From the human T2T-CHM13v2.0 reference genome, Homo sapiens, in the NCBI RefSeq assembly GCF_009914755.1, contig NC_060947.1: a stretch of DNA of 64,000 bases; one strand, given 5' to 3'. The position numbers and the translations under genes were made by a program. Positions within the stretch are counted from its first letter, which is position 1, and each line of letters opens with the position of its first letter. This document shows positions 1 through 13,499 of this stretch, piece after piece. The notes beneath the pieces are model-generated. The model did not search any database and had not been told where the DNA came from. It worked only from the letters and a program-made list of their open reading frames with translations.

Positions 1-1000
1 GGTGCAGCTGCTATGGAAAACAGTTTGATTGCTCCTTAAGAAGTTAAACATGGAGTTACAACATGACTAACAATTCCATTTCTAGATATATACCCGAGGT
101 AACTGAAAACATATGTCCACATAAAAATGTGCACACACATGTTCATCGCAGTATTCATAAAAGCTATAAACAACCCAAAGGTTCATCAACTGATGAATGA
201 ATGAATAAAATGTTTATGGAATATATAAGGGCTTCCTAATCTCTAATGTAAAAGGAGTCCTTAAAATATATGAGAAAATATGCAGAAATATGCAGAAATG
301 AGAAAATATGCAGACCCCAGTAAAAAAAAAAAGCGGGCAAAGAACACAAACAGGCAATTCACAAAATATTTTAAGAGTGTCTAATAAGACATTGAAAAAG
401 TGTTTCACTTCCTTTTAGATTCAAAGAAATGCATATTTAAACAGGATAGCATTTTGCTCTGAACAAATCTGCAAAGATAACAAAACTATAATGCCCAGTG
501 GAGGTGATAATTTGAGAAAACAGGCACCTGTTTACTTACTAGTGGTGGAAATGGAGGTTGGCACAACCTTAATGGAATATCATTCAGCAGTACCACTCAA
601 AGTGTCGCATCTTTAAAAGTGTCTGCTTTCTGTACCCAGCCATTTGACTTCTGGGAAGTTATCTGACTAGGGTTGTGCACATTTGGCTAAGACAATGTTC
701 ATCACAGCACTGTGCAGAGCAGCAAAAAGCTGAGGGGAATCTCTGTACAAAAATAGGGTCCTGGTGAAATAAATTATGGTATATCATAATATAATGTAAC
801 CACTGACACGGTATTTTAGAAGACCCTTTAATGACAGAGAATGATATTCAGTGTATTATTGAATGAAAAAAATGGTTTCAGGATAGCATGATCCCATTTT
901 TATTTTTTTAAAAATCACAAATATTTACAAATATATACTTGTGCATAGAAAAAGTACTCCGAGCACGCAGTCAGAAATATTACTAGTGATTCTTCCTGGA
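1..1000 (+). mobile_element. Old L1 (L1M/L1ME) 3' fragments
   Basis: ORF2-end and 3'UTR motifs (ggtgcagctgctatggaaaacag, acatatgtccacataaaa, aactgatgaatg). Confidence 0.75.
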
Positions 1001-2374
1001 TCATGAAACAACAAACAAGTCTTTTTCATGTAATTTGTAAGAAGTTTTAACTCTGCAAGCCCCATGCAAATCTATCCACCCCTCTTTCCCACAGCTGGAG
1101 AGAGAGCTCAAAGAGGCAATTTCACAGGTCACTGGCGGACTCTTCAGTTTCAGTATGTTTTGTATTCCCACCTGCCTTCTGAGTTCACAATTATATGCCA
1201 AAGAGACTACAGTAGCTTTCTAGTAGACCAGAAGTCTCCCTGCACAGTGTATCACATGCTGCAATTTGCTTTGAGTATAGATACCTATGCATATAAGTAG
1301 CTGTATGGACTGCCATAACTCTAGGGACTGCTGCCGTTGCTATAGCCACACCATAGCAATAGGGACCGTCACTGTAGCAATAGTGACCACTGCCATAGCA
1401 GGTCTCATAGCTATAGGAACCTCTCTAGCTATAGCAACCACCATAGCTACAGAGGCCCTGTAGAAAGGAGGCATGACCTCACTGAGAAAGTTGTGAATAA
1501 GCCCTGCGATCAAAGGAAGCGTCAGACCCTCAGCATCTCACAGACAAAAGACAATGCTATACGCATACATGGCAGCCTTGATTCCTACGTAGCCATACAT
1601 CTGGGGGAGGCGGGGATGCACCACACGGAGCTGCCCTTCTCTGACAGCAGCACAACCTGGGCTCACCGTGAGTGCCTGACCCACCTGGTTGCCAAGGGCA
1701 TGGAGAGTAACGTAATGGTAGGAAGATTATAACTGCTGGGGGAGATGTTCAAGTATTTAAAGACATCTATAAGTGTTCTAGACTCTTCTAATAGACATAG
1801 CTAGGGCTTTTAGATATTTTAGAAATGTATTTTCATTATCTAAAAAAATGGCCAAAGTGCAAAATAAAAACAACTTTTAAAAAAATGAATAAACAAAGAG
1901 AAGAAAATCTTGCATCAAATACCCCATAGTTACCAAGTCAAACTGAACTGAAAAATCTACCAAAACATGGCTGCCTATGCTAGCCACTGGGGAGGGCACT
2001 CCTCACTGTTCCAGGAAGTCTCCAAGGCCCAGATTTTATCCATCCCCCACCACAGGGATGGGAATGCCCTCCCTCTAGGTAATATAATGGGTATCCCCTT
2101 CCAATCTGATACAGACCCTTAAAACTCTCCTTGTCTTATGTCAAGCTCCTGAGATACCAGCAAGGTGGTCATCTAGGACAAAAGCCATGTTCACGCCGTG
2201 TTCCCAGGTACGTGTTTGGGGAAGGGGAGTCTAAGGGAGCAAGTGGGTCTCTTCACATCACAGAACACCAGAGCTGGGGAGCTATTCCTCACATCTGAAA
2301 CATCCTATTTCTTTACATGTTATGAAAGCTGAAATGAATGTGGAAATAGGTCCAAAGAAGAGAACTCTCAGGTA

Positions 2375-2521
2375 TCTCTTCTTAGAACTAATCCCATCAC
2401 AAAGACCCCACCTTCAAGACCTCACGTCACCCAAAGGCCCTACCCTCCAAATAACATCCTATTGGGGGTTAGGGTTTCAACACATGAATTTTCAGGAGAC
2501 ACAAACATTTAGTCCATAACA
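2375..2521 (-). mobile_element. MaLR LTR fragment (MLT1/MST type)
   Basis: gggggttagggtttcaacacatgaatttt...agtccataaca terminus. Confidence 0.75.
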
Positions 2522-2725
2522 GAAAGGGATCATGAGAGGGCCCAGATACTTGAAGACAATGACTGTAAACACAGTGAAAATGGAAGAGAAATGTTTTCTT
2601 CAAAAACCCAAGAGGGTAAATGGATAGATAAAATGTGGTCTAGCCACACAATGGAATATTCAGCCATAAAAAGGAAGGAAATGCTGGTGCGTGCTACAAC
2701 ACAGATGAACTTTGACACTGTGCTG

Positions 2726-2958
2726 AACGATGAGAACACATGGACACAGGGAGGGGAATATCACACACCGGGGCCTGTCGGGGGGTAGGGGGGTAGGGGG
2801 CTTGGGGAGGGATAGCATTAGGAGAAACACCTAATGTACGTGACAGGTTGATGGGTGCAGCAAACCACCATGGCACGTGTATAACTATGTAACAAACCTG
2901 CACGTTCTGCACATGTATCCCAGAACTTAAAGTATATCTCTCTCTCTATATATATAAA
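2726..2958 (+). mobile_element. L1PA 3' end
   Basis: gaacacatggacacagggagggg...gtatcccagaacttaaagtat. Confidence 0.9.
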
Positions 2959-4894
2959 ACCGGGATCAACAGGCTACATTTGGAGGGAACTAATACTCAA
3001 AGTTACAGTCAACCAACTGATCATAGTCAGTACCGTCCCCTTTAACCCTGTGAACTACAAGTGAGGGCGTTCACGCTTCACACTTGGGGACATCTCCAGA
3101 TAGCCTCTGTATGCAACCCAGACACATGGGTAAGAGAATGCCTGTATGTCTTTAGAAGGAGGGTTTTTAGTCTTGGCTCAGTGTTTAAGAACTGCATGCT
3201 TTGGCCTTTAAAAAAATGCCCTCTTGGTGTAAAAATGTGCCCAATTTGATTCGAACATTTTCAAAATAATTTTTTTCTGATTAAGAAAAATGAGGCAGTG
3301 TTTCAGCCCTGTGAACCCACAGTAGTTATGAACAAGCAGTGTATAGCTGAGTGAGCCCAGCATATGGGCTGCTAAACGCAGGAGGTGGTGATCCAAAAAA
3401 AGGAATCAGTACAGTGAAATGCTGGGTGCTGCAAAGCAAGTTCCACCTTTAGACCCGGAAGGAGAAGCTCAGGTAGTGCTCCTCTCCTTCTGGTGTTCTC
3501 TGCAGTGCATGGAGGGTTCGCACTTGGAGCAGACACAAGGCTCACCGTGAAGACATCCATTTCGTACCACCCAAGGCTCCAAGTGGCACCCTTGAAAGAG
3601 CTGTCACGAAAACTCTAGCTTTGAGCAGACTCAGAAGTTTGGGAAAGGTCTGCAGATAACGAAGGAGAGGGTAAAACACCTAGCCCGAGCAACGGAGTAG
3701 ACACTGCTTAGGGGATCCTTAAGGAGCACAGAAGGAAGACTCTCCTTCTGGGGATAGGGAGAAAGGAAAGCAGCAAATGGCCTCTTTCCCCAGCCAGCAG
3801 TGCCCTTGCCCCCATTTGGTTCCTTGTGTTAATTTATCAAGAGTCTTCTGACCAACAGGCCAGTGAGGGTGATCCGGGAGTGCTAATAACACCCCTCCCT
3901 GCTTCTCCTCCCCTCCGGGTTCTTTACCAACTGAGAACAGATGTAAGGAGCCAGAGAAAGATCAAAGGTAAGGCATCTGCTTGATGAAGAGGCTAAAGTA
4001 CAGCAGCACCCTCAAGAGCAGGGCTTCTGTGTACTAGTTAGAGGACATGACCTGAGGCCACACAGAAGCTACGTGTTACTTCTCTCCCTTTTCCCTTCTC
4101 ACAAAAATCATCCCAGAGCTCATGTGGGGGAAAGCTGGGCTTATAGAGCAGACACAGGGTTCACCTACTATGAGAGTGCACACTTCCCCAGCTAGCGATG
4201 TGGTGGGCCCTGGCTCTCGCACTCCTTTGAGGTTCCAGGAGAAAGCAGCAGGTCATGCCATGATCCCACCAGTAATGTGGCCCAGAGGATCAGCAGGCTC
4301 ACCCTGGCTTCGCCAATCAAAAGTATCACTCTAGCCTTCACAGGGAGGTGTGACAGAGAAGGCAGAGAGCAAAGCTGGGTGTTTGCTCCACAGTCCTCAT
4401 GCCAGCAAACCTGCATGGAGGTGTCAGGGATACACAGGAAGCCCAGTCTAGCAGAAGCAAAAAAGATAAACACCACCCGCTGTGGTTCAGAATGACATGT
4501 GCTATCCTGTACCAGCGGAGTGACAGAAGCTCTAGGAGAGCCCAGGGGCAGGAGATGGAAGCTGTGCTGCAGGGCGGAGAGTGGGCAGGGAGACAGGACC
4601 ACAGATGGGGGCAGCCTCCTGAGAGGAGGGGATCTCCAGCATGGGTAACTTAGCACTTGCTTGAGGATGACTGGGAATTTACATGGTGGAAGGCAAGCAG
4701 TTTAGACCGAGGAATGTCATCTGCAGGCACTGGCATATGTACCTACTGGCCTTTCTCCATGTTTGGAGATCACAGGAACCTGGCGGTCTAGGGCAGAAAG
4801 AACATGTCAGCAGACTAAGGGGCTTGAACTTATCTCGTAAGCAGTGGGGAACCACTAAAGAGGCTTTTGTTGTTGTTCCTGCTTCTTTAATTTT

Positions 4895-5853
4895 TTTCAC
4901 CAACATCTAATTAAGAAAAATTTCAAACATACAAAAAAGTTTAAAACTTCTTGCAGTGAACACCCAAATTCCCAGCACGCAGACCTGTAATTAACATTTT
5001 GCATCATTCACTTTATCACGTCTGCCATCCCTCTTGTCAATCGATCTTATTTTTGTAACACATGTCAAAGTTACAGACATCAGTATCCTTCAACCTATGG
5101 TTACCTAGCATTTTACATTTGCTTACGATTCCTTTTTTAAGGTAAAACTTACATACAGTGAAACACATAAATCTTCCACGTACCAGTGGATAACTTTTGA
5201 CAGATGCACACAACTATGAAACCGAGACCCCTATCAAGACACAGAGCATAACCATCATGCCAGAAAGTGACACCCAGTTGATCTTATTCACACACCTAAC
5301 CCCCGCAGCCACAGATCTCATTTCTATCATTATAGCTTAGTTTTGGCTGTAGTGGAACTTCATATAATTGGGCTCAAATAATACGTACTCTTTTTTCATT
5401 AGCCTCTTTTACTCAGCATATTGTTTTTGACATTTATCCATGCTGTCGTATCAGTAACTCATCCCATTGCAATAAACATATAAATGTATCACAGTTTGTC
5501 GATCAATTCTCCTATTGATACCTGGGTGTTTCCAAGTTTTGTTTGTGTTTTCTGCTATCGTAGATCAAGCAATGAGCATTCTTTTATAAGTCTTTTGTTT
5601 TGTTGTTGGAAGCGGGCAGAACATAGCTCTCATTTCTCTTGAATAGGGAATGAAATTGCTGGGTCGCTAGGTAGGTCTATGTTCAGCTTTAGAAGAAACT
5701 TGACATCCCTACCAATGATGTATGAGAACTGCAGTCACTCCACATCTTCATCAACATTTGATACTACCTTTTAAATTTTAGTTATTCTGGAGGATGTGTT
5801 GTGGTATCTCATGGTGGTTTGATTTGTATTTCCCCAAAGAATAATGATTTTGG
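4895..5853 (-). mobile_element. Old L1 (L1MC/L1ME) fragments, host of the next insertion; continues at ~7890-7980
   Basis: Antisense L1 3' motifs (ctttttactcagcatattg, gtggtatctcatggtggtttgatttg). Confidence 0.7.
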
Positions 5854-7524
5854 TTTTTTTTTTTAAAAAATTTTAGGTTCAGGGGTACATGTGCAGGTTT
5901 GTTATACAGGTAAATTGTGTGTCATGGGGATTTGTTGTACAGATTATTTCATCGCCTAGGTATTAAGCCTAGTATTCATTAGTTATTTTTCCCGATCCTT
6001 TCCCTCCTCCCACCCTCCACCCCTTGATAGGCCCCAGAGTGTGTTGTTCCCCTCTATGCGTCTATGTGTTCTCATCATTTAGCTCCCACTTATAAGTGAG
6101 AACATGTGGTATCTGGTTTTCTGTTCCTGAGTTAGTTTGCTTAGGATAATGGCCTCCAGCTCCATCTAAGTTGTTGCAAAGGACGTGATCTCATTTTTTA
6201 AGGCTGTGTAGTATTTCCTGGTATATATGTACCACATTTTCTTCATCTAGTCCTCTGTTGATGGGCACTTAGGTTGATTCCGTGTCTTTGCTACTGTGAA
6301 TAGTGCTGCACTGAACATACACATGCATGTGTCTTTATGATAGAGCAATTTGTGTTTGGGTATATACTAAATAATGGCATTGCTGGCTCAAATGGTAATT
6401 CTGTTTTAAGTTCTTTGAGAAATCACCAAACTTTTTTCAACGCTGGCTGAACTAATTTACATTCCCATCAGCAGTGCATAAATGTTCCCCTTTCTCCACA
6501 ACCTCGTCAGCATTTATTTTTTGACTTTTTGATAACAGCCATTCTGACTGGTGTGAGAAGGTATCTCATTGTGGTTTTGATTTGCATTTCTCTAATGATT
6601 AGTGATGTTAAGCTTTTTTTCATATGCTTGTTGGCCGCATGTATGTCTTCTTTTGAGAAAAGTCTGTTCATGTCTTTTGCCCGCTTTTTAATGGGATGGT
6701 TTGTTTTTTGCTAGTAAATTTGTTTAAGTTCCTTATAGATTCTGGATATTAGACCTTTGTTGGATGCATAGTTTGCAAATATTTTCTCACATTCTATAGG
6801 TTGTCTGTTTACTCTGTTGATAGTTTCTTTTGCTGTGCAGAAGCTCTTTAGTTTGATGAGGTCCCATGTGTGGATTTTTGTTTTTGTTGCAATTGTTTTT
6901 GGTGTCTTTGTCATGAAGACTTTGCCTTCTGACAAAGGTCCTATGTCCAGAATAGTATTGCCTAGCTTGTCTTCAGGGTTTTCATAGATTTGGGTTTTAC
7001 ATTTAAGTCTTTAATCCATCTTGAGTTGATTTTTGCATATGGCAAAAAGGTAGGGGTCCAGCTTCAATCTTCTGCATATGGCCAGCCAGTTATCCCAGCA
7101 CCATTTATTGAATAAAGAGTCCTAACCAACCCAAATGTCCATCAATGATAGACTGGATTAAGAAAATGTGACACACATACACCATGAAATACTATGCAGC
7201 CATAAAAAAGGATGAGTTCATGTCCTTTGCAGGGACATGGATAAAGTTGGAAACCATCATTCTGAGCAAACTATCACAAAGGCAGAAAACCAAACACCGC
7301 ATGTTCTCACTCATAGGTGGGAACTGAACAATGAGAACACTTGGACACAGGGTGGGGAACATCACACACTGGGACCTGTCGTGGGATTGGGGGAGGGGGG
7401 AGGGATAGCACTAGGAGATATACCTAATGTAAATGACGAGTTAATGGGTACAGCAAACCAACATGGCACATGTATACATATGAAACAAACCCGCACGTTG
7501 TGTACATGTACCCTAGAACTTAAA

Positions 7525-7563
<39 letters not shown>

Positions 7564-7880
7564 GAGTCCTTTCCCCACTGCTTGTTTTGTCAATTTTGTT
7601 GAAGATCAGATGGCTGCAGGTCTGAGGCATTTTTTGTATGTTCTCTATTCTGTTCCACTGGTCTATGTGTCTGTTCTTGTACCAGTACCATGCTGTTTTG
7701 GTTACTGTAGCAGGACACAATACAAAAAGAAAACTTCAGGCTGATATCATTGATGAACATAGATGCAAAAATCCTCAACAAAATACCAGCAAATTGAATC
7801 CAGCAGCATATCAAAAAGCTAATCCAACACGATCAAGTAGACTTTATCCCTAGGATGCAAGATTGGTTCAACACACATAA
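5854..7880 (-). mobile_element. L1PA (older, approx. L1PA11-13) with 5' inversion (7712-7878 in + orientation)
   Basis: Poly-T, antisense 3'UTR and ORF2, then an abrupt switch to sense ORF2; degenerate TSD aataatgattttg / ataaattattttg. Confidence 0.85.
7124..7560 (+). mobile_element. Younger L1PA 3' end nested antisense in the previous L1, ending in (TA)n
   Basis: caacccaaatgtccatcaatgatagactgg...cctagaacttaaagtata; TSD approx. aataaagagtcct / ataaaaggagtcct. Confidence 0.9.
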
Positions 7881-8722
7881 ATTATTTTGAACATCATGTA
7901 ACTTCTTTTGTGATGTGTCTGTTCAAATCCTATGCTCATTTTTTAATTGGATTGTTTGTCTTTTCATTGTTACACAGTATTTTTTAAACAGAGGAATGAC
8001 AGGGTCAGATTCATGTTCTTGATGGTTCTCTCTTGCGGCTGCAAGGAGGACAAGCTGGAGCAAAGATACCAGTTAAGCGGTTAAGGTCAACACTCTTAAC
8101 CGCTTAGCTGGTCATCCCAAGGGAGGGTGAAGATGGCCTGGGCTTGAGGGGAGATAAAGAGAAAGAATAATCTAGATTCAAAAGATACCAGGGAAGAGAC
8201 TTCTGGCATGAGACAGTAAGGAGATCAACAAATCCTCTCCTCAAAAAGCAACTATAAACCTGGACAAAAAGTTAGTCATTTCAGGAAAGTCATTTGATTT
8301 CAGTAAAAACAGCTTGAGTCCACGGCATTTTTACCCAAGGCTGCTCTCATTTTTCCCTTCCCTAAGTCTGTCGGCAGACTGTTCAACCGGAGCAAAAACC
8401 AGCAATAGTGTGTGACTGCTAGGTCATATGGCAAGTCTATGTTGAACTTTACAATAAACTGTCAAGCTCTCTTCCAAGGTGGCCGTACCATTTTGCATTC
8501 TCACAAACAATGAATGAGCGTTCTTGTTGCTCTGCATCCTCATCAGCAATTGATATTATCAGCTTTTTGGATTTTAGACATTCTAACAGGTGCATAGTGG
8601 TATCTTGTTTTCATTTGTATTTCCCTAGTGAGAAATGACGTTGAATATCTTATTTTCCTATTTTATATTCTTCTTTGGTGAAGTCTCTTCATATTTTTTA
8701 CCCATTTTAAAATTGGGGTTGA

Positions 8723-9053
<331 letters not shown>

Positions 9054-9235
9054 TATGAATTCTTTATATCATCTGAATACAAGTCCTTTATCAGGTATAT
9101 GATTTTGCAAATATTTTCTCCAAATCTGTGGCTTGTCTTTTTCTTTTCTTCATAGTGTTGTTCATAGAACAAAAGTATGAAGTATTATGTGTATGTCTAC
9201 ACAGAAACCTGTATGTAATGTTTAAAAATGTTTAT

Positions 9236-9523
9236 AGCTGGGCGCAACGGCTCCCACGTGTATCCCAGCATATTGGGAGGCCAAGGCAGGAGAATCACCT
9301 GAGCCCAGGAGCTCGAGACCACCCTGGGCAACATAGCAAGACCCCATCCCTACAAAAATTTTAAAAGTTAGTCAAGTATGGTGGTGCGTATCTATGGTCC
9401 CAGATACTCAGGAGGCTGAGGTGGGAGGATTGCTTGAGCTCAGGAGGTCAATGCTTCAGTGAACTGTGTTTGCATTACTGCACTCCAGGCTAGGCAACAG
9501 AGTGAGATCCTATCTCAAAAAAA
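9236..9523 (+). mobile_element. AluJ
   Basis: Diverged dimer; TSD approx. aaaa(t)gtttat. Confidence 0.9.
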
Positions 9524-10481
9524 AGTTTTATTTATAGCAGTTTTATTCATATTCACTCCAGACTGGAAGCAACCAAGATGTCCTTCAGCAGGTGAATGGA
9601 TAAACAAAGTGGTACATCCATACAACGGGATATTGTTCAATGCTAAAAAGAACAAACTACCAAGCTATGAAAAAACATGAAAAAACTTTAAATGCATATT
9701 GCTAAGTGAAAGAAGCTAGTCTGAAAAGCCTATATACTGTATGGCTCCAATTCTATGGCATCCTGGATAAGGTAAAACCACAGAGAAGTAAACAAATCAG
9801 TGGTTGCGCTAATAGAAACTAGACTAGGGTTGAGGGAAGGGGGAGTGGCTGACTATCAAGGGCATGTACAGAAGTCCTTGCATGGTGAAGAAACTGTTCT
9901 GTATGGTACTTGGGTGGTGGACATGTGACTCTATGCATTTGCCAAAACCCACAGAACTATATGTTACAAAGAGTGAACTTTAATGCCTACAAGCAGAAGA
10001 ACAAAACATCAACCAGGTGGGTGGGGGACTCCCAGGATGGAATGCAGACTATGACAAATGAATCTAACTCCATTATAAATGGGTGGCATTACTGTACTGA
10101 ATGGATGAGGAAGGTAAAGGAACCGACCTAAGTAACTTTGAAAAACAGTATTTTGACTGGGAACTGTAAGGTAAAGACAAAAGAAACTGAACATAAACAC
10201 TGGACTCTAGTTGGTAAAGTTGTTTCTCCTGGGGGTATGAGTTAGCAATTCTGATGCTCTATACGTGTATACCTGAATTGAGTAAGACAGTAAATGAATG
10301 ACGGGTAGTAGGAGCTAGGTGTCTCACTGTCAGAGAGGAAAGTTATAGGTAAGTGAGAAAGGAAGATCGAAATAATCCTTCTGGCACTGGATTACAGTTG
10401 GAGATATAAGTATGAAGTCATGTTTAGGTTATATACCTGCTGACGGTTAAAAGAAATTATTTTGGATATGTGTATATATAT

Positions 10482-10855
10482 GGTGTTATGTACTGAACAT
10501 TTGTATCCCGTCTCTCAAGGTCATATGTTGAAGTCCTAACCTCCAATGTGATGATATTAGGAGGTGGGGTCTTTGGGAGTTAATTAGGTAATGAAGGTCG
10601 ACCCCTCATGATAGGATTAGAACCCTTATAAGAAGAGACACCAGAGCTTTCTCCCCACTCTGTCCTCTCCACCAATCAGGGACACAACAAGAAGATAGCC
10701 ATCTCCAAAAGAGGATGCAGATCCTCACTGGATACTGTATCTATCCATGACTTGGTCTTGGACTTCCCAGCCTCTAGAACTGTGAGAAACAAATGTCTGT
10801 TGCTTAATTATCACCCAGTCTGTGGTAATTTGTTATAGCAGCCTGAAGTAAGACA
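10482..10855 (+). mobile_element. MaLR LTR (MLT1A-like)
   Basis: tgttatgtactgaac...gacttcccagcctctagaactgtgagaaa...agtaagaca. Confidence 0.85.
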
Positions 10856-12529
10856 CATGGGTTAGTATATATACATATATTTCCTATTTCCTATCTCTGT
10901 CTGCTTAGACAGTCTAGAAGTAGCGATATACCACTAAGCAATGAATACTCAGATCTTGGTTTCTAATACCATTCTCTTTCCCAGTGAAAGAGAATGACAT
11001 ACAGAATTGGACACCAAGGAAATAAATCCAAGAGGCAGCAGTGTTCAGAAAGAAGCAGTGAATGAGACTCATGAATGAGACCAGTCAATGAGTGAGAAAG
11101 GGCCCAGGAGGAAAGAATGTTAAGGAGAAGGTGATCATCAAAGTCAAATGCTACAGAGGCCACACAGGACAGAGGGCTGTGACCATCAGGAAGCCATTGG
11201 GAACCACAGTGGGAGTAGGGGCTTGCATACTCTAGGGTATACATGGCAGGGGGGCCATGAGGAGTTGAAACATTGGCCTCAAATTTCTCAAAGTGCTATG
11301 GAAAGCAGTCTGTTGGCAGAAATGGGGGACAATCAGAGTCCTGCCCAGGCTGGGCAGGAAGGAAATAAGGGCGGAGGAGGAGGGCTTATAGGCCATCACC
11401 TTCTTAGAGAAAGGCAATAGGACCTGTTGACAAAAGACTGTCATCGTTACCTATAGGCAAAATGTGGGGCTTCTACAGGGTAAGAGGTCTTCCTGAGAAA
11501 AAAAATCCATAACAAATAATGTATTGTTTCAAAAATACACTCCAAAATATAGCTGAATCTATGTGCCTAAGACCCAAGCCTGAAAAATGCATTAATTAGG
11601 ATTCTTTTCATGCTGAAGATCATAATTTATTGAAATGTGGTGTTTTACCTTTGCTCACAGCATTAGCATATTTTTGTGTAAAGGACAGTGTCTGAGAATT
11701 CCATGGTGTGCTTATCATAACCATGTTTCAGTTTCACACTTGTCCTTTTTTCCACGACCCCCTTTATCTTCTTTTCCTGACACCTATAATGGCAGAGGGT
11801 ATAACTTAAGCTAACAATTGATTATTCTTTACAAGAGAAGTTCAAATATGAGCCTAATTAAAGAATTCCTGAACACTTCTTCCTTGCTAAAACATGCACT
11901 TTTAATAAGGAAAAGCCCCTGACATGCCATTCAGACTTTCATTCATGTGTGTGCTTACACGTGTGCCTACTGCTCTCATTTCACCATCTGGAAATACCAC
12001 TTATCACCCAGAAGTAATTGGCTAATTTGCTGGATTTGCCCTTTAAATGTTCCATGTTCTCCTGACACCTGTAGGTTTCATTTAGAGGCTTTTTGTGCTT
12101 TTTAGTAGAGATGACTCTGTCTGGAAAGGTGTTTCGAAGGATAAATTTAACCATGGTATCCTTTAATCGGAAGAGAACACTATTCCCATACGAAAGGCAC
12201 ACCGTTCTTGCAAGAAAAGAGCAAACACTAGTAACCACAGCCAAGACTGTGGGGAGTGTATCAGAGTTACAACCAGATACACCCATAACTTGTCACACTT
12301 ATAACCGGGTGTAACAGCAATTTGCCATTGCAACAGGTTACAACCAGGGTTACCACAATTTACCATCATAACATGTTGCTATCACAACAGATTATAATCA
12401 CAAGTTACAATCACGACAGGTTACAACCACAAGTTACAATCACTAGCCTGCCTTGCCACATCAACAAATCTGGCTAATATTCCCTCCAGACTTGATGTAT
12501 ACTATGATAAAAGGTTGAAATCTTTGGTA

Positions 12530-12892
12530 GTTTGGGGAATTAACACTATCTGGCCTTGGGGAGGACATGACTATTCTGGGGTAACATGAGGGAACTTCTT
12601 TGTGGCGATGGAACAGTTCTGCCTGCTAATTATGGTAATGGTTACTCAAATCTACACACATAACATTTTATAGACCTACCCATACTCGCTCACACACGCA
12701 TATCTGAATGCATGCAAAATCTGATGAAATCTGAACAAGGTCTGTAGCTGACTTAACAGTACTGTACTAATGTTGACTTCCTGGTTTTGACAATGACTAT
12801 GGTTATATAAGGAGAAGCTAGGTGAAGTGTACACATGAACTCTCTTGAACTATTTTTACAACTTCTTGTGAGAACCATTTCAAAATAAAAAG
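12530..12892 (+). mobile_element. L1ME 3' end fragment
   Basis: gatggaacagttctg...tatttttacaacttcttgtgag...aaaataaaaa. Confidence 0.7.
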
Positions 12893-13322
12893 GTATTTTA
12901 AAAGATATCTGACTTGCTATGGGTCTCTTAAAAAAAATGCTCGTCATGATGACTTTGCTCCTCCCATCCCAAGAGTGAGTGAGTCTCTTGAGGTTGAGAG
13001 GGCTGCTTTCAGAGTCCACTGGCCCCCAGTTATTATCATTGGTGGTGTTGCCTTGGCAAATAGGCTTCAGCCAGCATGAAATGTTAACCTATCAGCACTG
13101 CTGCTTAAGGAACATCAGGGGAAATGTGGGGCTTTTCCAAGATGGCTTATAAATCCCCCCCTTGAACTGCATGGCTCACATCATTCCAAATGAACCCCAA
13201 CTGGCAGGCTGGGATGTCTGGGAACTACCACTCATTTCCCAGAGGCTCAATTAATCTGGTTGCTGCATAATCACCTTTTTCACCAGAATAAGGGTTGTGT
13301 TGGCACAAATCAATGCTCCTAC

Positions 13323-13388
13323 CTTTACCCTTGTCAGGTTTGTATTCTCCACCCCCTACTATGTCTTCAAGATCCTTGTCTGAAAAAC
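13323..13388 (-). CDS. CD99L2: CD99L2 coding exon 7 (66 nt, phase 1-1): (G)FSDKDLEDIVGGGEYKPDKGK(G)
   Basis: ttttctccag|GTTTTTCAGAC...GGTAAAG|gtagga; within ORF 13225..13410. Confidence 0.95.
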
Positions 13389-13499
13389 CTGGAGAAAATA
13401 AAACATACATTTCAACAACAAGAAAAAAAAATCAGCAACAAGAAACTTGTGCTAATGTTGCCCAAAATTCAGAAAATGATTCCCAGTTCCACTTAAGAA

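Noticed and set aside
4122-4910. Cluster of 70-154 aa ORFs in GC-richer unique DNA
   Set aside because: No homology recognised and no CD99L2 exon 8 sequence found; exon 8 and later exons appear to lie before base 1
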